DNA of 64,000 nt from Lingula anatina (Eukaryota > Animalia > Brachiopoda), in NCBI GenBank assembly GCA_051362555.1, contig CM120640.1:3472001-3536000 (forward strand). The letters run 5' to 3'. This document shows positions 13,893 to 27,600 of the stretch, in pieces (the first letter of the stretch is position 1; every line of letters begins with the position of its first letter). A program made the translations under genes and the position numbers. The notes below the pieces were generated by a model. That model was not told the origin of the DNA, did no database searches, and worked only from the letters and a program-made list of their open reading frames with translations.

Positions 13893-13947
13893 AGGTCAGA
13901 GGTCAAGACCCAAAGGTCAGAGGTCAAGACCTGAAGGTCAGAGGTCA
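13893..13947 (+). repeat. 21-bp tandem repeat x3, each carrying AGGTCA-g-AGGTCA (DR1-like)
   Basis: aggtcagaggtca at 13893, 13914 and 13935. Confidence 0.85.
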
Positions 13948-14214
13948 GGCCAAGAGGTGCCTTGGGGCTATAATAAAGAGTACATGGCTGACTTTTATTT
14001 AATGTTTTACTATCCAGTGGTTTGATTTAACAACATTTTAACAACTTACTGTCCAATGTACTGGTTACAAAAGGAAATGCAAACAAGTCCCAGTGGTGTT
14101 ACTGAAAAATTTCACATCATTCAAAATTAAGCTTCTCACCTCTCAAAAAAAAACAATAATAGAAATAATAATAATAATAAAATTACAATGACAATAATAT
14201 GGTGATAAGATTAG

Positions 14215-17200
14215 TTTTTATGTACAGACACAGATGTGTCTGTACATATTGCCATCACCTGCGTCTGTCGTCGCCGATGGCGATGGCGATGGCGATGGCG
14301 ATGGCGATGGCGATGGCGATGCCGATGCCGGCGCCGTGCACTTTCCTTGTAAACACGATAAGTGGAGGGCAGTTTTACTTTTTGGCTTTATATTTACATA
14401 GCTGATGAATATTCATAAAACGCAGGTCAAGTTCGAAAATCAGCATGATCGAGCCATTATTGTAGAAGTTATGCTGTTTTTTCACTTTTCAGCATATTTT
14501 TCACATTTCCTCAGATTCAATTCTTAGGCATGTTAACAGTCTCATTATTAAACTAATAAGATACGTAAAAGTTTTTGTTTGACATTTCCTGCATCTTTAC
14601 AACATTGTTAGTTGATTTTGTAAAAATGATGGTAAACTTGTTATTGTGTATTGTGTAATAAAGTGTCAAAAATGGAAATAAACACATATCATTGCAGTTT
14701 GTCAGATTCAATCATCCACTATGTTCAGAATCTCATAATAGAAGAAATTGGACATTTAACACTGCTCTGTTGATATTTTTCCCATCTCATCAATTTTCTT
14801 AGTTGATCATGTAAAAATGGCAGTAAACTGTTAATTTTATTTTATGTTAAAAATTGTTAAAAATTGAAAAAAAAAAAAAACATTTCAAAACAGTGCTGTC
14901 TTGTTTACATTTTGGCATTTTCAAGTTGTGACTTTGAAATTCCATGGGCCTGAAGACCTTTGCTAGTCACATTTTTATGTACAGACACAGATGTGTCTGT
15001 ACATATTGCCATCACCTGCGTCTGTCGTCGCCGATGCCGATGCCGATGCCGATGCCGATGGCGATGCCGATGCCGATGCCGTCGCCGTGCACTTTCCTTG
15101 TAAACACGATAAGTGGAAGGCAGTTTTACTTTTTGGCTTTATATTTACAGAGCTGATGAATATTCATAAAACGCAGGTCAAGTTCGAAAATCAGCATGAT
15201 CGGGCCATTATTGTAGAAGTTATGCTGTTTTTTCACTTTTCAGCATATATGCAACCTTGTAAACACATTTTAAGGAAAACCGTTAGGCCTATTGTCATCA
15301 AACTCACAGGAATGGTCAGTCTTACTAAAACGCAGGTTGAGTTCGAAAAACAGCATAATCGGGACATTATTTTAGAAGTTATGCTGTTTTTTCACATTTC
15401 TTCAGATTTCCTCAGATTTAATTCTTAGGCATGTTAATAGCCTTATTATTTAAGTAATAAGATACGTAAAAGTGTTTGTTTGACATTTCCTGCATCTTTA
15501 CAACATTGTTAGTTGATTATGTAAAAATGATGGTAAACTTGTTATCGTGTATTGTGTAATAAAGTGTCAAAAATGGAAATAAACTCATATCATTGCAGTT
15601 TGTCAGATTCAATCATTCACTATGTTCAGAATCTCAGAATGGAAGAAATTGGACATTTAACACTGTTCTATTGATATTTTTCACATCTCATCAATTTTCT
15701 TAGTTGATCTTATAAAAATGGCAGTAACCTATTAATTTTGTTTTATGTTAAAAAAGTGTTAAAAATGGAAATAAACCCATTTCAGAACAGTGCAGTCTTG
15801 TTTACATTTTGGCATCTTTAAGTCGTGACTTTGAAGTTCCATCGGCCTAAAAACCTTTGTTAGTCACGTTTACTATTTGTCCATGATACTAATATTTTAT
15901 TATTACAAATTGATGATCATTATGCTGTTAAACATTATGTAATATTGCATCAAAATTTGAAAAAAACCTATTTTGGGCACTGCTCCCATGATGACCATTT
16001 AAGAAAAACCATGTCACTTACTGTTCTCAAACAGTACAGTTGATATGTACAGATGTGTCTGTACATATTGCCATCACCTGCGTCTGTCGTCGCCGTCGTT
16101 GCTGTCACTGTCGCTGTCGCCGGCGCCATGCACTTTCATTGTAAACACGATAAGTGGAAGGCAGTTTTACTTTTTGGCTGTATATTTACAGAGCTGATGA
16201 ATATTCATAAAATGCAGGTCAAGTTCGAAAATCAGCATGATCGGTCCATTAATGTAGAAGTTATGCTTTTTTTTTTCACTTTTCAGCATATATGCAACAC
16301 TGTAAACACAATATAAGAAAAACAGATAGGCCAATTGTCATTAAACTCACAGGAGTGGTCATTCCTGCTAAAACGCAGGTTGAGTTCAAAAATCAGCATA
16401 ATCGGGCCATTATATTAAAGAAATGCAGTTTTTTCACATTTCCTCAGATTTAATTCTTAGGCATGTAAACAGTTTCATTATTGAACTAATAAGATACGTA
16501 AAAGTGTTTGTTTGGCATTTCCTGCAATTTTACAACATTATTAGTTGATTATGTAAAAATGATTGTAAACTTGTTATCGTGTATTGTGTAATAAAGTTTC
16601 AAAAATGGAAATAAACTCATATCATTGCAGTTTGTCAGATTCAATCATTCACTATGTTCAGAATCTCAGAATGGAAGAGATTGGACATTTAACACTGCTC
16701 TGTTGATATTTTTCCCATCTCATCAATTTTCTTAGTTGATCATATAAAAACAGCAGAAAACTGTTAATTTTGTTTTATGTTAAAAATTGTTAAAAATGGA
16801 AAAAAAACATTTCAGAACAGTGCTGTCTTGTTTACATTTTGGCATTTTCAAGTTGTGACTTTGAAGTTCCATGGGCCTGAAGACCTTTGCTAGTCACATT
16901 TTCTGAATATCCATAATACTAATATTTTATTATTAAAGTTGATGGTCATTATGCTGTTAAACATTATGTAATATTGCATCAAAATTTGAAAAAAAAAAAA
17001 AACTATTTTGGGCACTGCTCCAATGATGACCATTTAAGAAAACCCATGTCATTTACTGTTCTCAAACTTACAGGAAAGAAACATGGGACTAAAATACAGC
17101 TTCAGTAGGAAATACAGTCTGTTTGGTAATTCTTACTGCCAGTTAAACAGTTATTTTGTGAAAATTTAATTTTTCACATATTGGCATTTTTAAGGTGTGA

Positions 17201-17675
17201 CTTTGAAGTTCCACGGGCTTGAAGACCCATGCTAGTCACATTTTCTGAAAATCCATGATACGTATATTTTATTATTAAAAATTGACGGTCATTATGCTGT
17301 TAACCATTATGTAATATTGCATCAGAATAGAAGAAAACACAATTTTGGGTGCTGCTGCCATGATGACCATTATGGGAAAACCATGTTACTTATGATTGCC
17401 AAACTTTCAAAAAAGAAATACAGGACTAAAATGCAGTCTGAGTTGGAAAAGCAGTCTAAGTGACTTCTTTTTCTGGAAGTTATACATTTTCAAAGTGTAA
17501 ACTTGTCACATATTTTAATTACATTGGTATTACCTGTTGAGGATAATTAAAATTTGATGTTGAATTTGCAGTTTAACATAATGTATTTTTGCATCAGAAT
17601 TGACAGTAGCTTATTTTGTGCATAGTTATTTCCTGTTTTTTGTCTGTACATTTGACAGCTTTGCTGCCTTGTTTT
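14215..17675 (+). mobile_element. Compound non-autonomous Helentron-associated (HINE/DINE-1-like) element: three 5' modules, one 3' end
   Basis: T-run then hairpin atgtacagacaca-ga-tgtgtctgtacat (14220-14247; again at ~14977; partial at ~16045), followed by a (GCGATG/GCCGAT)n microsatellite and repeated core blocks. The 3' end has the inverted subTIR tgtctgtacat (17641-17651), stem-loop gacagc-ttt-gctgcc and ttgtttt. Confidence 0.8.
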
Positions 17676-20600
17676 AATATATCCAAGAAACTATTTCATG
17701 CAATTTTTATAGCTCTCTTGATGGCAATATCTTTCCGGCACACTTGTGTACAATTCCAGCAGAAAGATCAATCTTAAGTTAACATTATACATTACATTCA
17801 CAACAACCAGATCAATTCAAATTACCACTGGAGACCTTGCATTAGACAACATGTCTGATTTGATCAACTTAATGCTGTCATAAATGGGGGTCTCAACATG
17901 AAATTGCTAATGCATTTTCAGTTATAAATCTTGAGGTCAATTCAAGGTGCGTCCTATCTTGTTGATAATCTAATCTATGGCTTTCAAGAAAATAGCTGAG
18001 GCTGTGTTAGTAATGTATACTTAATCAGGCAAAATGTTGGAAGTGGACATCTACTTGATCAAGTCTATCCCCAACTGACTCCCAGGAAACTAGTGGAACA
18101 ATGAGGAGGGAGGACATTTTTTAGAAAATGATTTTGATCTGTTAACACTGGCAGCACAGAGTAGCCATGGTGGCGATGAAATGTTTTCTGGTCAATTTGG
18201 ACTATTTATGGTTATTGTCAGTCCTAGATTGTTAATATTTGACAAAGGAAAGGAGGGGGGGTGGAGAGCTGCCACTAAAATTATTTTTAAAAATCCATTT
18301 CCTTCCCCTCCCCTCCCTCAAAAAAAAAAAAAAAAAAGAAGTAAAATAAGGACATTGGTAATGTGTAGTATACAGTGATTATGTAACCACTATTTTAGGA
18401 AGTACATAAGATTTCTTACAGAAACTTTTTAACCTCAAAAAGCGTTTAACTACAGAGTAAAATCAATTTTTTATTGAACAGCTGTAATAGCTACAATTGT
18501 TTTGCCTTTTGTGTAAACAACATAACTGATGAGCACCTGGCTAACTATTGCCACCACCCTCAATTTCCACCACTGAGGTCGAGCAGAAGGCAGATCCTTT
18601 CCTAGCTGAACAACCTGGTGGGACCGTCATTAACAGCCTAGCAGCATTATCTCTCATCTTCAACCAATTTCTCCAAATATAGAGGGACGGGCAATATGTT
18701 TGAAAATAGGGTTCCGTTTCCAAAATCAATTTTCTTATTAGATTAAGTGACCATATGTTTCCATATGAGAGCACTCCGTGTGGCCATAGATCATGTCAGA
18801 TATTCCCTGTTGAAATAATGGAATGTTGTGGTACATAGAGTACAGACGACAGAAGTACGAAAAATCCTTGGAATATCCCACAATGCCTCAAGATATCTGT
18901 GCATGTTTTATTCAACTTACAAATTACAAGTTATGGGTTAAAATTAGTCCAAAACGAATAATATAAAATTGAAGTATGAAGTGGGCAAATAATGATGTGT
19001 CAATATTTAACTGTAATATTAAATGGGGGAAATAGAGGTAAGTTTTCTTTGCCAATTTGTCTATAAAGAATAACAAAATTGCGTTTTATGTCATTCAGTG
19101 AACTACTTGTATTAAGAAAATTATGAATTATTGACATAGTTGCCTCATACACTAAATTACGTAGGCTGACAAAAGCACTATTCTTTGTCTAGTGCTTAGG
19201 ATAATACACCAAAGACGTAAAATATATTATTTGTGCCAATTTACCATTGATGGTGACAAAGTTATTAAAATTTCTAAAATTATCATTGACAAAATATATC
19301 CACTAATTTTTAAAGTCCAATACATCCAAAAACAAAGCTACGTATAACATGCAATGGTCTTTCAGAGTCTAAGAGTAACACATTACAAGAAAACCATAGA
19401 TAGCAATAAATCAGTTTTTATATTCCTGGTAATTCAGCAAAAGCCATCCGACCTACTAGTTTATCATCAACAAGCATCCTCCTCAGACACAACTGAAATA
19501 AATCATCAAGTTTTTCCAACAAGCTTCCTAGCGCCCCTTCCTTGCTACAACAACCATAAATCTCCGCTAAAGCAGGAGCAGAGTTAGTAGCTGGTCATCT
19601 ACGGGGAGCGCTGTTGATAAGGTTGTCATGGAAGCTTGGACTTCAGGACAACCTTGGCCACATACCCCCCATGGGTGTATGGAGGTTAACTAGTCACTGG
19701 GGACTGGAACATCCCAGGTATGAGGAGTCCTCTCAGATAAAGATTCTCTTGGGTAGGGTCTACCTATTCCCCTTACATTGATTAGATATTAACAAGGACA
19801 TTTAATTTAGCTATTCCTCACATCTTCTGAAAATCAATATGAATATGTTACCTGGGCCCCTGGGTATCATAATCCCCCCACCTCTCTCAACCATATCTGT
19901 ACCCCCTCTGGAATTAAGATCCCACAGTGTATTGGTTGTGTGGAATCCAGTGAACACAAATCATTAAACAACTTCACATTAACTGATTAAATAGTAAAGC
20001 AAGTGTGACTTGATGTACATCATCAATTTATCTTCAAAACTAAATGTCAGGGTATCTGGATTCCAGTGGAGTTGGTATTTTAATCATTTAAAATGTAATA
20101 GTTTTATAACATTAATTTTTAGTTTACCTTCCACAAAGACAACGCATGGACAGCCTTTAAAACCTCGGCATCTTCACTGCATTTATCTCAATTACTGATT
20201 GCCACTTTTTTATTGAGCAACCAAAAGCTGAAAAAATGTTTAAAATTCCAACACCTTTCCTATGTGGGTGGGATGTGCTCTACAAAGCACTGAAGTATGG
20301 GGGTTCAATCTCATAAAGAAAAATTAAGGACAACATATCTGGAAACCATTTATTTTTCTGAGAAATTCCTCAGACCATCAACAACATAATGCAATAAAAT
20401 GTCATGTATATGATATCTTTGAATGAGTCAAATTATCTACTAGACAAAATATATGAAGGCCAGAGACAATATTGATTAGTTAGTGACTAAAAGGGGATGG
20501 TAGAAATTTATTTTTATTTTAGCCTTTTAAACATGTTTTATGGGCATAGGTTGGTTGTTTTCAGCAGAAGAACAAGAGCATTTTTTTCCTAAAGTCAATT

Positions 20601-21179
20601 TCAAATTATCCCCCGCTTAAAAAAGCAATGCCCAAAGCATTTTTTTTCAACTGAAAAAAAGGTCAATTGCGTTAGTTTACAAACTTATCAATTTTGTCCA
20701 GCCTAAGGTAATTTTTGTTTTCAAGATATCTCATATAGCTATAGATTAATCAAAATATGACATAGCTAATGCTTACACATGCATGAGTGCAGCCTAGAGG
20801 TAATAAGGTGGTATGCACCTTGGCCCCATTTCATGATCAAGAATACTTTTCTCAAAAATAAAAAAAAGAAGTCAAGCTGTAAAGAGGCAGGGCAGTGAGC
20901 TGAGTACACTGGCCTAAGGGGAACTGTAGAGAGGAGCTATTTGTGGTCAAATACACAGTTCTGTCATGATTAAGTACATTAGCTATAGGGGTCATACATT
21001 TTTATCATCATTTTCACTAGTCAACATGCATGCTGGGGGCAGTTGGGGGGGGGGGCTGGGAGGAGGTTAATGCCCTCTGTACACTTGAAAAAATAATAAA
21101 AATGATGATCCAAATTACTGGCAAAAGTCATCAATTTTAGATTTTCACTTTGTATGCTCTGAGGGAGAATAAGAAGGGT

Positions 21180-21183
21180 CTGG

Positions 21184-21263
<80 letters not shown>

Positions 21264-21278
21264 TAATATCTATGTATG

Positions 21279-21319
<41 letters not shown>

Positions 21320-21320
21320 C
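21180..21320. repeat. Poly-A / (TA)n / (TC)n microsatellite block
   Basis: Directly visible. Confidence 0.95.
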
Positions 21321-21615
21321 ATTTAAAGCTCATAGCAGCACTTCTGCTCTTACAGGATTCTTGCGTTTATCTAATTTCATTAATGCGGTGGGACTTTTGA
21401 AAATCACTGCTTATTAAACTATTTTGTTGAAATTGAGAAAAGGTATTTGTGATGCAAAATCATAGTATCTTTCTTGTTTATTCTTTTGACAATGAAATGC
21501 ATCTGTGTAAAGCAAAAGAGGAGAAAATTTTGCTTATATTTAGAAAGGAATGCATTAATTAAGTCAATCTAAGTACAAGTCATGACAATATATTTGGTAC
21601 ATGTATCAGAGAAAG

Positions 21616-24600
21616 CTATGCCACTCTGTCAAGGACGTAGCGTGCTGCCATGGCAACCACAGGGGATCCAGTTGGGACACCAGGGAAGGGGCCACTAGAG
21701 CCTGCGATATCCATGTGGGAATATTTCAGGGGACGCTCTGAGTCGATACCATGCTGAAACAGAAAGTAATTTTATTCCAGTTATCAGGTTGATTATCCAA
21801 TTATAAAACCACAACAAAAACCCACAACTGTATACAAATTTGATTTTATGAATAACAGATAAAATGTCCAAAACCTCAGCAAAGTCTGTATCTACTACAA
21901 TGTTGATGGGGGCTCCAGTAAATAGTCTTCAGTTGGTATTAATTTTAAATATCAGAGACCACCGAGGCCAGTATAATTAATATGTGTATCAGTTACTGAA
22001 CAAAGCAAAATTATATTTTTATTATGTTATTGATATTATATGAAGTATTGTATAAACACATTTATTCCACCCACCTTATCTAGCCCAGACGCCATGATCA
22101 TGAATGCGGCAGGGGTCTGATGTCCGCGAGGTGTCATGGTGGATGGCACATTGTTGCACTGCAACACATCTTCATATTCTGACTTGCCTTTATGGAATTC
22201 ATAATCCTACAACGAATATACCAGTTACACTGCATATGTTGAGAGGAGGCAGTAGCAATTTTTTCATAAAAAGTATTCACTTATAATGTTAGTTTGAGTG
22301 AAATGATATTCTACCAACTTTTTAAAAACAATTTGCCTTTGGTGACCCATTTACTGGCTTAGCTCTCACCTCTCTTCTGATGTTTGATATCTCAAAGGGA
22401 TCTCCATACTGACTTCCAGCAGCCTGCATCTTCTGTGACGTCTGCTCTTTGCTTGCAGGACCATTATCCAAGATAATCTGGAAAAGAGTATTAAATTTAT
22501 GAAATATGGAAACATATTATCCTATAAATAAAAATAAATTATTTTTTGCTTTTTGATACATAACTTATCAATCATAAAACACAACCAGAGAGAGACTGCT
22601 TGATAGAAGATTACATAAAGAACCATAACTATCACCATTAATGTTGTTCATCTCTTAAAAGGTATAGGCAGAATTTCATAACTTTATAGCCACTGTGTAA
22701 TTCTTCAACACCATCTGCTACTGTTATACCTGTTCAGCCCCTCCCACCAATAAACACACACACACACATATATAGTACTTACTGAATAGTTTGGCCCCAT
22801 AGCCCTGATAGCATGCCCCGTCAGGGTAGCAATAGTGAACAGGTGTGGGTTGACCTCATTAAGTGCCTGAAATGATGCCATTTGTTATAAAAAATTGCTA
22901 CTGCCATTACAGAGTGGGGTGCCTCTCATTAACAGGCACCAGATACGTTCTAGCATGTGTATAAACAGAAGAATAAAAGTCGATAGTAATCAGTTGTTTT
23001 GGGAGAACCTTGGAAGCACCTGCTGCCTCCCCTGCAGGAACCTGACCAGAAATAGAGCTGGATTGTCTAAATATATTCTTTACTCTAAGTAAGATAGACA
23101 GTACACCTGTCCTGGACATCTAATTGGCCTGTTTGGAGGAAGTAATTATCAGAAAAAATTAGTCTGTGTAACAAAACTATATTTTTCAACCAAAAAATGT
23201 TTTTACTATATTCAGAACCCAAGATCATGTTAAACATGCAGCAACTTTTCCAATACTTCTCAAATCCAAATAATATATAAAAACACTGTTGCCTATGATG
23301 TTATTTAATCTCTAATTTTTAACTGGTGCTAACACATCAGGAAACAAGGTTGTAAAAAATACCTTTTCCTTCATCTGACACAGCACGTCAGCCATAACCA
23401 TACGTCCCTCTGCATCAGTGTTGCCCACACGGACACGCACACCAGCACGCGAGGTTATGATTTCATCAGCCACGTAGCATTCTGCAGATGAAAAAATATC
23501 TGACTCATACCCCAAGTTGACAAGCTGACAAATCAAACATATATCTCTGTAATCTGTGCATCTGTAATAAGCCGAATTAGTAATTCTCAGAAAATAACAA
23601 TAAATGTCGGCTTCAAGTAAGTACATGGTGTTTTAAGAAATAAGTTTTCTCTGTGTTAAGCTGATCATCTTTATAATTTTAATTAAATGTTTACCTGATC
23701 CTACGCTATTGCGTACCATGGACATGGCTCCCAAAACCTTCAAACCTTTGGGTTTCAGTGAATCTAGGACCTAAAAACAGACTTGTATTTTATGACTGCC
23801 TCCCTCCCACAATAAAAAATGCATATGCTCTGGTAACTCTAGACTGTGACACTTCTAGAAAACATAACACTCTCTTAATATCAATTCAAGATGCACACCT
23901 CCAACAAATGCACAAATCTGACATTAAATAAAATTCCTTGCCGTTTTAAGTCATATTATTTTACAAAAATACCCCACATTTATCAGACTGTTAACTACCC
24001 TAAAAAAATTACCAGGCATGACACCTGGCAAACAATTGGGCACTGGATCAGTGAAAACGATAACTGATGTTAGACTCAAGCGTATCAATTAGGCATTATT
24101 ACACCTACACCTCTGAAATGGTCACTAACCTGGAAGAATCCAGCCACGGCTGCCGCTCCACATTTGTCTCTGTGCATGCCTGCCATGACCCCACCTGCCT
24201 TGATGTCTGCGCCACCTGTGTCATAGGTAATACCCTGGAATACAACACCAATATACAGCCTGAACAAGGTGCTCCTTCAAAAGATGTTCTGGTTCACCCT
24301 GAACCACTCAACCATTTAATAGAAATATCTTCAGAGTTATAAATTTTCTTATAGAACTTCAAGTAGAAACAGGCTAACTAAAAGTGTATAATTTGTTTTT
24401 TGAAATTAATATCCTTGAAGAATATGATACTTCAGTGAGTCAAATAATTACACCTGAACATCATTTTTCAGAGATCTTTATAAATCAGTTACACTTCAGT
24501 TCTTAATTGCATTTGTATTCCTGATGTTTTCAATATCATCACCTATTTCAAATCTGATGTTTTTCATTTTCAATATTAAATAATATATTGCAATCAAATC

Positions 24601-27600
24601 ATTTACCTTTCCAACCAGTAACAAAGTGGTATCAATGTCTCCCTCTCCCACATACTCCAGGAAGATGACATGGCCCCTGTGACGCTCCACACCTGAAAAA
24701 GAGTCTCAATGTAAACAATGGCCAATGGAAATCATCCAAAGTAGTCTAAAACCAGGTTGTCAGAATACCCTGACATCATACGAGACTTGGAAGAACCTGC
24801 AGAAAATCCAGCCAACTTCTCAGCTACAAGGTGAGAAGGTTGCTTCATAAAGCAATACAAAAGTGACATGCATTTTTCCAATATGTATTTCATATTGTAA
24901 AGTCTACTGAACATTTATGGATTTTAGACTCTAAATGAATATTATTACTTTCATTAACATTATTATGATTATTACTGCTTACATCCAGCAGATCTGTTAA
25001 CTGCTGCTAACAGTGGGTATTCTTTCTTGAAAACCTCTGGATCAGATAAGATGTTCACCTTAAAGGAAACAAAAATAGCTATAATGACCATTTTATTCCT
25101 ATTATTATAAAAAAAGTTATAAGCAGCAAAACATACTTAAAAAGCAAAATAGAGTATTTATGCAGTGACACTGCAGCTTTCTCTGTGGGGAAGAATTACT
25201 AAAAGGATAACAACTGTTCATTTTGGCTAGGATTTTCCTGGGGTGAAAGACAATTTTCCCATACTTACAAATGGTTAATGAATCCATTCCCACATTTTAA
25301 GTTAGTCCCCCTTTTTTTTCTAAAAAGTTTGGTTTTCTGTAATATTCTCTTAAGAGATTATCACAGAGTGTAGCCATCTATGGAGGTCACGTGGTGTGAT
25401 GGCAAGCACGTTCCAGAATAATTGTGGTTACCACCGTTTTTGGTGGCAAAATGGTATATGTTTTGTTTCTATAAGCTGTTTACAATGCATCTATTGTGAA
25501 CTAACGAACAGTTGTTATCCCTATAGGTAGCAGCATTACAAAGCAACAGCACGCATATATACAAAAGTCTCATTTTGTCATGCTTTAGGCATGCTGCAAA
25601 TTACAGGTAAGCCAATCTTTTTTCTTGTTTTATTTTCAAACTATGTAGATGTATTCAATATTGTCATCAATATTTAAAGGATAAAAATGTGTGTAATGTT
25701 CCTGTACTTGTTGACTTGGCGACCATGTAAGTGTGAACATACCTTAATACACGTGCCCTTGAAGACATCTTGCACATACTGCGCAACACGTGGTGCTGCC
25801 ATGCGCTCTGGGTCAGAACCTCCAATATCACGACAGACTGATCTGCAGAGTTAAACATGCAAATACACACAGCATTCTGCAATGTTAGATCAAGCTACAA
25901 CCACTCCATGTTGAACAACATGCAATCAAAAAAAAAAATTAAAAAAAACAAGAGAAGGAGAAAATACAGTGCACCCTGGCAACATTATGGCAAAAAAACA
26001 TATATTCTTTTACAGTAACTACAATCCTAGTAAGTTGACAAAATTTCACCTTTTTCAATATGAATACAACATACACCTGCATAACCATTTTCTTAAGACT
26101 GAGTTCAATTCCTTAAAAATGATCTTAAAATTTTACCCTTTATCATATATCATTTTTACATCCACCCCTTTTGTTGTAAGCTGTTAAGTGTAACCTTAAA
26201 ATGTTCAACAAACAGATAGAGATGCAGATCATTAAAGGAAATAAATAGAAGGTTTGCAGACATTCTGCATGGAAGTAATAAAATATTGGTTCACAGACAA
26301 GTATTCCAGTGCCAACTGCCTGGGATTTATCTAGAGTAAAGAAAAACGCAAAATCACAGCCTTTCCATTTACAATTTTTTCACGTCTTATTTTAAATGTA
26401 TGTTATGTAACAAATATGCATCATTAACTTTGGCCTTTTGTTCTACTGTGGATAATGTTCTCAACCCTCCCAATGCTGCTCCCCTCTCCTTCGCCTTCCA
26501 TTACACATTATACTGTAGATCTGTATGAAAGCTCTCAAAAATATGTAACACGATCAAATGTCTGATTATAATTTCACAAAATTTAACTCTTTTATTTTGC
26601 AAACCCAATGTGAAGTATGAGGTCCTGTATTGAAGTACAATTCTAGCTGTAGTGTTTATCCCTTTGTCTTTATACATACCTTCCTTTCTCAAGTCCATTT
26701 AAGATGGGCAGAGCCTTGACCACTCTGGTCTGGTCATTGCACCACACTCCCAGGTTGTTGACTTTACGAGCTCGGCTGGGAACATCTTCTCGTACCTCAA
26801 TGGGCTGTAATATATCATCAAACAATTTGAGTAATGCCACAAGTTTTTTCATTTCCTGATTAATCAATTATGTACTACATTGAAAACGTGACCAATTTTA
26901 GATTTTCAACCATTTTTGCTTCAACTGCTTATATCCATGAAAAAACATTCCTTTTTTCAATCATAGGGCTCATTCAAAAAGAGTTGGCTCACAATAGCTA
27001 CTGTGCACAAACTGCACAGGGACTCTTGCGGGGTAGCGCTAACACTCGCCTATTTAGCCAAATGCTAAAACTTGCTTAAATTGGCTAAAGAAAATGGGCT
27101 TGATTTGACTTGTTTTAGTCAAATTATAACCATTTTGATAACAAATTGACAAAAAAGTGGTGATTTGGCTAAGAGAAAAAAAATTGCTAGTGCTACCCCA
27201 GAATCTGTTAATCTGATTGCATTCAGCAAGAGTCCCCATAGAGTTACTTGCTAGGTCTACATTAGCTTGGTCTACATAACAGTCATTCGGCATGGTGCCA
27301 TGCAGTCTACATCTCTCCATACCTACCACATACAAGACCTGCATGGCTCCCAGAGAGGTGACCAGACCTGCCTTGGGGAAGCTGTCATCAACTGGTCTCA
27401 CCAGTAAAGGGTTGTTACTCCCAGCAGCCACAGCTCTGAAATATCAAATACACACCATTTCACAATATTATTACCATATGGTCAACATGTTGGTCTATTT
27501 ATTTTAAGACATGCATCATGCATGAGTACTTTTCATGTTATTTTGTTATTGTCATTTTACTTATTAGCTTATGAAGTGCAATGTCATAATTTTCAAAAAA

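Noticed and set aside
14199-16316. ORFs with MAMAMA/DADADA repeats
   Set aside because: They are translations of the transposon's microsatellite and core repeats.
19590-19770. GC-richer patch resembling a SINE/LINE fragment (a similar patch lies at 6205-6320)
   Set aside because: No A/B boxes, tail or second copy to support a call.
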